This document shows, piece by piece, positions 52,701-64,000 of a DNA stretch of 64,000 nt (position 1 is the stretch's first letter; the number at the start of each line of letters is the position of its first letter). Made by a program: the position numbers and the translations under genes. The notes under the pieces are model-generated. The model had not been told where the DNA came from, did no database searches, and saw only the letters and a program-made list of their open reading frames with translations. Source of the stretch: Tubulanus polymorphus (Eukaryota > Animalia > Nemertea); assembly GCF_964204645.1 (NCBI RefSeq), contig NC_134027.1, forward strand, positions 2,822,485-2,886,484, given 5' to 3'.

Positions 52701-55700
52701 GATAAAACTGAAATTGTTGGGCCTGGACGCAAAACAGAAAATAGCGAAAACCGAATCGCACACACGGTCGATACGACGAGGAATTCACTTGGCGTTATTG
52801 ATGAGAACAGCGATTGATTATTTGACGATATTGATGATGGAGCGAATTCTGTCACCACGGCAAGGACAGTCGATTCCTCGGCAGATATAAGACCGCCTTG
52901 ATTTATCAAGAAATCATATTCAATTCAAGGCCGCCGCATCACAAAGTTTCCCTAATCATTCTAACGTATGCGTTTTGAATGAATACCCGATTCAATACCC
53001 TCTTTACCAAAAAGGAATAGTTATTGCGGCTGGTATCGGGCAATGCAGATATTGCGCTGGGACAAAATGACATCCCGAACAATATATCGGAAAATTAGTG
53101 TGTACCTTACTGAGCGCAACGCATACAGCCGTGTGGCAAGTTGTAACCACTTCTGACGCTGTGACATATCAGAATATCCAGTTTCTTGTCACAAGTCTCG
53201 GCTCTACCAGTTCTTAATCGACTATTTATCGGTGACATTATTAAAGACATGGATTTGTGAGCCTCGAATATGAATACAACATGAATAAAAGATTTATATG
53301 AAATTCTTGTCGGGGAAAAAAACGCCATCGCTTCGGGGGCAAGTCTTTTTCATTTTTCATTTTACAATTGTAGATTTAAAAACTTCTCATCCTGATGATC
53401 GGCGCCCTGGAATTTCCAAGTTCGATATTTCTACGCGTATGTATCCCATCAAAATATTGATACAGTTCTTATATTTCTGCGTATAATTTGGTTTTGAATG
53501 AGATATGAGCTTTATTGACAATTCTCAGAGAACGTTCTCAGCTTCGAAGATCCGGCAATCTATGTCCGTGTATTGAGAAAGTGATGTGGTGGACTTGATA
53601 TGTATGATCGGATTAGCACCAAGTGTAGAGACGGCACTTCAGCATTCAATATCAGCCTTATATCTTCGTCAATTGATGCTGATATAGGAAGCTATCGCCG
53701 ACCAAATAACTGTTCACATCAGAACATTTAACGATAAATGCCCTTATATTGAAACCTCTGCATTCACACCTGCTTCTTCGTATGAAATACATATATATAT
53801 TATTTAAATTGTTGAGCATGTTTTATGGCATATACGCGTAACACACAGCGAGACAGAAGCTCATAATTGGATTTACGGCTCTAGTCTGACAAATATGCAG
53901 ATCATTTATCCAATTTGGATGAGACGTTAAGCTATTACCATTATTCCGTAGGTAAACAGTCTGTTTTATTTTACTTGGATTATCGTTTTCGACTTTCAAT
54001 GGTAAAAAGAGGACCTTCTGATATGTAACACAATAGGGAATCTCAGATTGTTCTGATTTATTCGAATGAAAGCGGCTTCAAAGAGAATATGAATTCGCTT
54101 TCATACACTTTCGGCATGATAACATTACGCTCGTGAAATATCTATCCATCACTCTTCAAAAACTCCTCAACGCGATGATATTCCTGTTATTTTTTCTCAC
54201 TTATTGGTTGAACAAAGGAGACTTCTGAATGTGAATCTCTGAATCTGTTGTCGTCTCATTTGTCGAAGCGTATTAACAAAAACTATACTGTACTTCACAG
54301 TATAAAGTATTTCCGGAATGCTCATCAATGTCTTTATAAGTATCGTGTATTCAGGTATGTGGAGTGGGGGAGGCGCAGTGAACACGAGAGGAATAGAAAA
54401 AATAGAAGAGAAGTTACTTGAAAATCTCACACGCACGCAAACACACATCGACATATTTTCCAGTATTTTTTTTAGTTCTCGTTCAGCAAAGCAATTTACC
54501 TATTTCAAATATTCAATCAGATCATCAACCGATTGTTACCTTCATCATGAACTCTATAATGATTTCTAAATGATAACCAGACGTGTTTCATGTTTTCATT
54601 AAATGTCCATGCACCAGATTCCTCACTTCCATCCTACACGATGATGGTTCCCAAATGTGCGATCACACCCGATGCCCAAAATGATGGGAAATATTTCGTA
54701 AGGTTTTCAATTCATCATTTCTACATTCAGGATGTATTAATACAATAAAATTTGTTAGTCGTCTTTGCAACTCGAGTGCATCTTCGGGTAACTTAGTTAT
54801 CGCTATACATGAGCGACGTGAGAGACATGTCAAACTCTCATTCTACAATTTACATTAATCAGACACCCGAAGTACCTATATACCTTTCATCCAGCACAAT
54901 TCATTTCGCTATTTGTAGGCTAAGTGGATTTGCGCAGTAACTATCACGGCCTTAATTCGGACAGGAAACATGCGAGATCAGGCTAAAATTGCTTCATGAC
55001 CGCACGATCGTTGTGCCTGGATTTAATAGTGGCACAGATGATAGATTACTGTAATTTCTAGTGATAAGTCGCGACTCCCGTAGCAGATAAATCTCAACCC
55101 AACACCGAGTAGATTATAATTTGATTGCACGTTAACGAGCGCGAGATAATGGGAACTGAGTTGTGCTATCTTAATGAGTTTAATTGTAAAGATCCACTAC
55201 TTATATTATCATAGATCAGTGACAATCTAAGATAGGAAATTGAGAAAGATATTTGAATTGACATTATGCTCTGTAAGGGTGGTTAATTGTTGAGACCAAA
55301 GAAAAGCGCAAAGGTTTTTGATAAAAGGGGGCTCTTCAACGAAACGTGGCGACAGACCATTCGGGACAGTTACTTGACCCAGATTCATACACGCTGTAGA
55401 TGTCGAAATGTGTTAAATATCATCAATTCGATGAAGTCATTGTATTATTTCGATCCATTTATTGCTTTTGACATTATAACGTTTGGACTGACTTTGTGCA
55501 TATTGTTCGGCACTAAAGCGAAGACCCTGCAGTGGGTATAGGTGGTACTGGTACCAATCGCTGGTACTGGAATCTCATCAACCGGCTATCTACGTGGCTG
55601 GCTGCAACCCGGTTGATAATCCGCGATAGACAATGAGCGCATAAAAATATCTTGAATAAAAACAGTGCGGTTCTGTGTTCAGATGAGAGAGGGAGAGATG

Positions 55701-58314
55701 CTGCAATCGTCTACATCGCCCACGCGACGCGTTATGACAAACCACAAAACTGCAACCAGTCTCAATTGAATCGTCCAGACAACTGGAAATAATCTAGTTA
55801 CCGCGATCAACAGTAAAAATTACCTCTCAAAGAGCCAAGCATCCAATCTCATCACCGATTATATACTGGGGTTTCAAATCGGTAAGACTTACTCGCTGTA
55901 AACTCAGACGAATCCAACGAAACGCAGCAAAATGCTCGAGAATAATAAGTATTGTAATCTGCGACGTTCGAAAAAAAATTCCTGATACATAATTCAGTAT
56001 GCACTCAAGTTTAGTTCAACATTGTTCGCGTAGAATTCATGATCAAAATTGTCTGATTATACGAATTGCTATCATCAAAAAATACGTGTATTAGATACAA
56101 GAGCGAGAAATATGCGGATTCTATGCGCTAATTAATTCAGCACAGATTTCGTGGTAGTCAAGACTTATTTCTAATTACAATTAACTCGATGTTCAAGGTT
56201 GTTTCAAGGTCGCGAATATGAAATAATTTCATCTGAAAATCTGGACTCCCTCGAGTCCGAAAGATGGCATACGAATATAGCATTACCATGGTAACAAAAT
56301 GCAGCATCGCGTTCCGTCACCATTTTCTACTGGTAGATGGCGAATGATTCCGCAACGACTCGGTATGTTCAATCCACCCGTGCGGTGTTTATATCCCTAA
56401 AATGTCTCCATACCCATTCTAATGTCTGATAGCCGGGTTCAAAATGAGAAGAATTGCGCGAGTCAAGAAATGGTGCGTCGGAACAGTATTACTATTGACA
56501 TGTATGATTATCACTGGCGGTTACACAAGTGTGTCCTCTCGTTGTCTTCGTGTTTTATCGTCACACGATGTTATAGAGATCATTACTAATTGACTCGGAG
56601 TCGGTGCCGTTTTTTAGTTATCAGAGGGAAAACTGGGAAGCGGATAATTGGGTTAGCCGCACGCAACTAGACAGAGCACAGGACACGGACGTCGTGATGC
56701 TGGGTTTTTTATTTGATTTAATGGTTGCATATACGTAGCGGTTCGTGGTGGCCAACAGCGAAGATCATTATTGCCAATATATACACGTAGATGGAAAGTT
56801 AGGGATGGCGGCACTTGGTTTTGACATTTGTAGAACTGTAAAAAAAACATCAACCAATCAAATGTCCAAGGCTTGGCTCGATTGACTGATAAGTGAGTTA
56901 ATCGCCGGGTTAAAGTTAAAATTGGTTGAAACGAGTGCCCGTGTTTTTTTCCCAAGAGACATGATTTCAAGTGACTAATTTGACATCAATAGACCATTAA
57001 CAACCGGCTTCTTTGACGAGTAACGAACCTAATGTAACAACTGCATCTTAACTGATGTCGGAATTAACTATCCTTGATTGTCAATAAAACTGTGATAGAT
57101 GATTCATCAGACACAAAAAGCACGATGCATTTAATTTCCTCGAATTGGATTTGATCTCGAAGTTAAATGGCATGCTATAATTGTTACTAAAAGTTTAATG
57201 AGCACTGGTGCGCAGGGACGCTGTTATACTAGTTCAAAAACAGAAGTAAACATTGGCACGGGTACGACGACAAAGAGGCGTTAACAGCAGGAAAATGTTT
57301 TTTAAATGGTTGCATTTCGGGGGCTCTGAGGCTATTGGAGATATAGCTGCCGACCTTAACCCTAACTCTTAATCCTTAGATTTATTTCAAGGAAGGGTAT
57401 GAATATGGGGAAGCATTTCATTCAATGACACCGGTTCCGCCGGCCCTGACCATGCTTTCAAACATGGTTCATTATTCGGACAGAAATACATTTTTTATTT
57501 GTGTAATCGTCGTGGCTCGTGATTTTAAAATGAAAATCCATTAGCGATTTGACATTGGATATCAGACAGTTTCAGACATTCTCAGATATTTTAGATATTG
57601 TTATGAATATGGAAATCGAAAACGCGATCTAAAACGAATTCATCCGTTCGAGATTTCCATAGCCTAGAGATATTCTTGTATATTACGATACGCAATCTGA
57701 ATTTCTCTCATCACTGAGTCCCTTGTGGTAATCTGATTCGGCCGATTTTGCAGTGCACGAATCTAATCAAATCAAGCTCTTATTTCTGATGAACTGAATA
57801 TATCCACCGGATTTACTGGCAATGAATCTTGCGGAAGAAAATGACCACAATTTGCTTCCCTCGCTTAATTACTCACAAGATAAACATTGTTATAATGGCT
57901 TCCGAATAAGAAATAGAGCTCGGTTAAGTCCGACTTCAAGGATTGCGCAATGTTTATCACAAAAGGGCCGATTAATTCCACGTATATAAATCACGTCCGA
58001 GAAAAATAAGTCGATCGAAGGCTCGTGAGTAAATTACATGCCATAAATAATCCAACAATATAAATCAGGCCGCTTTCTCGGTTACGAGCCGCGATTAATT
58101 CCCGATAGAATGCAAACAGAGTCGCAAAGCTGTAAAGAAGAGGTGTAGCAAAGGCAAGTGACGTTTAGACCTAGTCACAGGAGTCAAACTCAGGCGACAG
58201 AAATACATTACACGAATCATAATGACGTGTATTAGTGCAACGAGAATGAAAAACCGAGAATCTACAAAATGATATCGTAATTATTACTGCATCAAAGATA
58301 TGCGAATATGTTTC

Positions 58315-59160
58315 CAGGGGCGGATCCAGGGGGATGGGTAGACAGTATTGGAAGGAAATTTAAGGGCACCTTTCTGATCTTAGGGCACACCCAGTATCCA
58401 GGTCAATGCGAGCGCCGAAGGCGCTAAGTCCTTAGAGGGGGGTCTGGGGGCCCACCCCCAAAAAATTTGAAAATATGGTACCATTTAAAGGCTTTTAGAG
58501 GGCTTCTAGAGGCTAGCAGAGCAATCCAGAATAAACGAATTCGAGACAAGATTTCAACACATGCGGATAAAAAATGAAGCTGGCGAACCCATGAAAGAAT
58601 GGTTGTCGCCAACTTCGCCTAGTGCCCCTATAATCTTTAAAAATGCCCCTTAACAATTATACAGAATACGGCTAAGTGCCCCTTCATTGTTAACAATCGG
58701 CAAAAATTGCCTCGTCTTCACATTTGTCCTTATGTCGTGTGCCATCTTCCAAACCAAAAGTGCCCCTAAAATTTTAAAAATTAGGCAAAAAAGTGCCCTT
58801 TTCTTCAACATTTTCCGCGTATAGTGCCCGCTTCTAAAGTACGAGTGCCCCTTTAGCCCTCCCTGAAAAGGCAAGGAAGGACAAGGTGCCCTCATCTAAA
58901 GCATGAGTGCCCCTTGCAAAAGGAAAGTGCCCTTTTTAATTTATCATGATTAAAGGCTTTACAAATATGATTATCTCTCCTCACTTTCATGGCAGCAGTA
59001 TATACCGATTAATTTTATAATTATGCCCGGATTACGGACACGGAATTAGCGGTTGCTGAAATAATGCCGTAAAAAATATTGCCGGTGAAATTTGGAAGGG
59101 CACTTAAAAATTCTAGACCGTATTGGGCAATACGGCTAATACGGTCTGGATCCGCCCCTG
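58315..59160. mobile_element. Non-autonomous DNA transposon (hAT-like MITE), 846 bp
   Basis: Perfect 15-bp TIRs CAGGGGCGGATCCAG / CTGGATCCGCCCCTG, 5-bp direct repeat GTTTC on both flanks, about 10 internal AGTGCCC motifs plus inverted GGGCAC copies near the ends; no transposase ORF. Confidence 0.92.
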
Positions 59161-59367
59161 GTTTCAAAACACCTGTCAAAGAAAATGCATCATTTGAAAC
59201 CATGAAAGTCACAGCGCAAAAGCTTCTTTCTAGTTCTCAGAAGTTAGTCTTTCTAGGGTTTCAGTGATCAAGTGATATCAAAGCTACTGCAAGTGAGGCA
59301 GGTTTGAACACGTGTCATCACCAAAAGACAACGTCGGCGACCCAGCAAAAAGCCAGATACATCCATC

Positions 59368-59391
59368 CATGGATTCGTTTTAGAGTCCATG
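59368..59391. mobile_element. 24-bp insertion with perfect 7-bp target duplication, candidate P-superfamily excision footprint
   Basis: ATCCATC-[CATGGAT-TCGTTTTAGAGTCCATG]-ATCCATC. Confidence 0.65.
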
Positions 59392-62300
59392 ATCCATCCA
59401 AGGAAAGTTGAGCCGAATTCCTTCAACAGGCGAATGCCACAAATACCAGACGTGTCGCATTTTGTGATAAAGATTTGAGCGGATAATTGTGAATAGGTCG
59501 TTTGATTTATCAGGTTCTACTGATACCAGTAATACCTCTTGCTGTAAACTCATCACAGGTTCAATTCAGACGCGATCGCGCAGCAGAGACATCTCGTTTA
59601 GATAGCAATGAATTTTTAGCCGAGCAAATCTCGACGTGTCGTGACGGGAAACCATAAATGAAGATATTTTACGACGAATTCGTCTCGTCCTAATTGAATT
59701 TCATCCCTTCTAAGTATGATCAATGTCGATAAAGTATAAATGATCAGTTTTATGAGGATTGAACGGTTACCGCAAATCAAGCGGAATACCAATATACCCT
59801 ATACGTACACGAACTGTCCCGATCAAGTCATCAACATCGAAGGGCAAAAAAATAGTACGCAAATCAGGCCCGTAGCTAGCGATGTCTTGGGATAGATTCA
59901 ATTTAAACGAAAGTGGACTTTTCGTAAGGTTGACAATTAGGCGCTTATAGTTTGAGGACCAATTTTGATACAACAAGGAGCAATTTCACGGCTTCTGACA
60001 TATTGGAATGACACCGGAAGTGAAGGTTCTGCTTCATTTTTCTGCCTCGGCCTCGAGCCAATTAAGACTGAAAGTTTGAAAGACATTTCTTGAACGAAAA
60101 CTAACGGAAAAGTGTCAACAATCAATGAATTTATTTTGAACTAAATTATCTTTAGACGGGCATCATTAGGGGGTGGGGGTTTGTTCGAACACCCAAAATC
60201 CCTACTAAATACGGGCCTACGCAAATTTGAATAATACTGACTCCTTCCTTATCGTCAATGCTTTCAATTTCCTGGAAAAATCATTCCATAATATTTGATG
60301 ATACTTTGTTAAACAGAAGGCGACCCGACAGCTCAATCCCCTATCATTATTGTTTGTCGTCGGTACACAACTGGTAACCATCATGTTGTCTTAATGGAAT
60401 ACCAAGATGTGTATAGATATACATTGTGTGATGATATTCCTAAACGCACCAGATCAGTAGGGAGGGGTTAGCAACTGGTTACTGACAAGCAGGTTCAGTG
60501 ATAAGTCGAAGCTTTTAGTTAATCATTCTTCGACGGTGAAATACACTTATATAAGGAGATAATTAACATATATGTAGTAGATCTTCTGGTTTTGCTGAAA
60601 AGGTCCATAATTATTTGTAATTTGTGCTTTGTGTCAACATTTTGTAATGCATTCACGCAATTTTTACAAACCCGAACCGCAGTGTACTGGAAGTCGAGAA
60701 TTTGCAATGGATTTCTTAAGATCCGTTGATTTGCGTTATCATCGAAGTGTCAGACAACTTCCTGATCAGTCATGAATATCAAACATCAGGAAAAAAGTCT
60801 AGTCAAAATAACAGACATTACTCAATCTACTCTTCCACTGCTCCAAACGACGAGCAGCTAAAAACACTCGACAGCTCGACAGTCGGCAAATATTACGAAA
60901 AATAATAATTGCTTCCATATTTATTGAGAGATGACAAACATCAAACAATATAAGTAGAAGTATGTGTGACGATGTAGCTGGTAATATCAACGAAAAGAAA
61001 TGAGTTTCGAGCTCAGAATTACAGTCGATAACTAAACTTAAACAAAGTCAAATGAAGACCTGCATTTAATCAACGCGCGAACATGTTTTAGTCGTGACTG
61101 TTTGAAGGTAGAATAATCCTTGTTTTTATGTTCTAATGAACGACGTTTTGCAAACTGACGAGAGTGTCGATGAAGCCCCTCGAAACGTGGCCCGAAGCCT
61201 TCAATCGCTGCCGTTGATTCTTGGTGGACGTTATGAATAAATAATGCGCCCAATTAGCAGAAAGGATTCTGTAGGCGGTAGTTTGATGGGAATTTCATAA
61301 ATGCTTATGCCATATACCAATGATAGATACATTTTGAATTGGTGCAATCTTCGTGGAATATCCGTACAGTAGCCAGACAGTCGGAATGTCGAGCACTGTG
61401 TCAAATCCTTCATCTGTAACTAAAGTATCCGGGTCGCCATACTTCATGCAGTGAGGGATAAAAAATTGATTCGTTATTCATCCAGTTATAATGAGTTTGA
61501 TTCATAGCAGAACCGTCGAATACTGAAATAACATTGCGTATGTGTGAAGGCTGTGCTAAGAGGGTGTTGTTGTAGGAGCTAAAAAGTGCCTGCTTAAGTC
61601 TGAGACGCTAATGATTACATAATAGCATCTATAATGTTTGACGAGGAGTCGAAGTACTAGTTTAATTAACTTGAATCCAGTTTCATATAAGATGATTCGA
61701 AGCTGAATTCTCTAAATTCCAGGATACGAAATACGAGAGATCGTTGTGGATGTAGATAACAAAAATTATTCTAAATTGGCGGTAAAGTGATTGAAAAAAA
61801 TAGAATGAAATTTATAGTCTTACATACAATAGTTGCTGTTTACGATAAACAAAATAAAGATGTAGCTAAAACCACGGATTTGGCCTTGTCAGAGCGGAGC
61901 TGGTAATCCGTATTGCGCTTAGGCCTTTAACATCGAGTATTTAACGAACGCAATATGAGTTCCTCGCGTGGAGGAAAATTCTACTGGAAAACAAAGACTC
62001 GAAGTGGACGATGCTATTCTATCGACGGGACAAATGCGATCCTAAGGGAAATACGACATAATCAATGTGACGCTAATTCTACTCTGATCACATCATGATT
62101 GGAAATCTACGCCAGTTATCTGTCGTTACTTGCCTTAACATCGAGGGTCTCGTCTAGATTCATCGGATACACACCGAATGAGAAGATAAGGAGAAGAACA
62201 TGCCACCGGTTTTTCTCCGAACTTACTTTCACGATCATCTAATTACAACAGCATTTATCAAAGGTCTTGATCCAGAAATTGGAAATGTCTGCGAAACTGC

Positions 62301-64000
62301 AGTCCTTTAGATACTGACTGGACTACGGAGATATTCACTGGATGCATGAACACGCAAACATTTACACTCTGAAGATAAATTTGACTTCTAACATGAAAAT
62401 TCTGAATGCCGCACTTGAAAAAAATCCATTCCAAGGAGAGCCATGTTTGATATTTACTGAGGACGCTAAACACGAATCGTGTTTTTGTGGTGTTTGGCGA
62501 TAGATTGAATTACAGCTGATCAGTGAATACATTGAGGTGGATGTCGGAATGCAGGCCAGCTCCTCCAATAAAACAAATAACACCCAGTCTTCTGTTTCGC
62601 TGTATATCCTCAAGACAAAACAATTTCCAGAGATGAAAGCAAGGCCTACCGTTAGTGTTAACGGCGTTGTGGTGTCTTTTGAGTAATAGAATCAGATCAC
62701 ATAAGCGAATTCGCCGCAGGCAACTTTATGTCGACTTAGAATCTTCACTCAAGATTCCGTTTATCAATCATCCTTCATTTTTTTCTACTGGAAAAGGATC
62801 ACCCGTGGCCCAACGCTGGATTCATCGCTCCATAATTTGGCTTGAATCATTTAAAATCTTAGAAATGTTTAATTCAAAGATCGCAAACGCCTCTCGTAGA
62901 TTCCAGTAGCCGTATTATTGCAATGATTGATCAGTTTCGGTTTCCGAGGTTAGATAGCAGCGTCTTAAGACGATTATATACATTAATTACTGCCGCTCCT
63001 AAGATCGTTGAACGCGGCATCGCTCGTAATACTGGTAACATATTCTTCAAGAAATGATAACAAATTTCGCCTGGTCAGATCTAATCATTGTAGAAGGCCG
63101 TACAGCGCCATTGGTAACTTCATCTCTTTCATGCTACAACCCTGTAGTTTGCCGTGGTACCTAACCTTCCCGATCTAATGGAGTCGCAGCTCCCCGGTGG
63201 GTCATTTTTTCGCCTTCCTACTAAATGTGGTATTTCGTCACTGCGTATCTCGTAGAAGAGAATAATTTACGATTCTCTGTACGCTAATATTTGTGTCCAA
63301 TCTCACAGCCCGGGCTAATAAGTCATAACTACATCGGAACCTCGTGGTTGATTGCCAGAAACTGGTGCGTTGAAATTGACAGTTACGTTGACTTATTGTC
63401 AGCAAATACGAAATATTTCACACCGAATGACATATCAAATTCTGTCAACACACACCGGGAGAGGGAGATTGGAATTTTTACTCTATTAGATTTCATGTTT
63501 CGTGCGAATAGATTACTGACATTCTGGTTGAGAACCTCGGGGTTAGTGCGAATTCTGTCGTGTTGAATTGAGTTCACGATATTTGTAACGTTCAGCAATT
63601 ATTATTTCCCCAGATATTCAATAATTGAAAGTTGTTCGAAATGCGAGATGTTTTTTCATTAACAAGTCATCTCTAATTAAATGCGTTGCAGCAAATGCAG
63701 TCAGATTCCATTCGAGCGATTCATTTTTGTTATTTCAGCGATGGAGAATTATTTTTAAGTTGATAGTTTACAAATGAATGCTTTCCTATCGTGACATTAA
63801 TGAATGTAGCGAAATGTTTCACTCATTTTTACGTTATGCGATGAACTTGCAGAGAAAGTTTCGGCCGGAGGCAAAATTTCACGAAGTCCTTTACCGACAG
63901 ATTCGATCTAATAGGATTACTGGCCTAGACATCCCCTGACAGCGGTAGTAATAATATCATTATATACAGAGTTATTCTATTTGATGATGCTTTATGATAG

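Noticed and set aside
50080-63598. Numerous 60-105 aa ORFs in the right-hand region
   Set aside because: No recognisable domains or coding-like composition; consistent with chance ORFs in AT-rich non-coding DNA.

Overview
AT-rich eukaryotic (invertebrate animal, probably lophotrochozoan-like; taxon not determinable here) genomic DNA with GT-AG introns, many only about 70-100 nt. From 7.2 to 33 kb it is densely packed: FASTKD-family (RAP domain) gene (-), BLOC1S4/BCAS4 (+), ENTR1/SDCCAG3 (-), RTCB (+), three tandem caveolin genes (+), RAB43/RAB19 (-) and TMEM168 (+). These are followed by a multi-exon CNG channel beta subunit gene (-, 33.6 to at least 45.1 kb) and a single-coding-exon LicD/FKRP-family type II membrane protein (+) with a degenerate catalytic motif. 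Positions 1-7.2 kb and 50-64 kb look essentially non-coding and carry MITEs and repeats. I found no prokaryote-type novel system. The best leads are: a probable LicD pseudoenzyme; a set of 24-35 bp CATG..CATG insertions with 7-bp target duplications that resemble P-element excision footprints; tandem duplications that copy splice sites (four decoy acceptors in the FASTKD gene, one decoy donor in ENTR1); gene conversion in a Cys-rich caveolin triplet; and a (CAG)13 tract in frame directly behind the RAB43 stop codon. All gene models were assembled by eye and gene names come from recalled motifs, not database searches.
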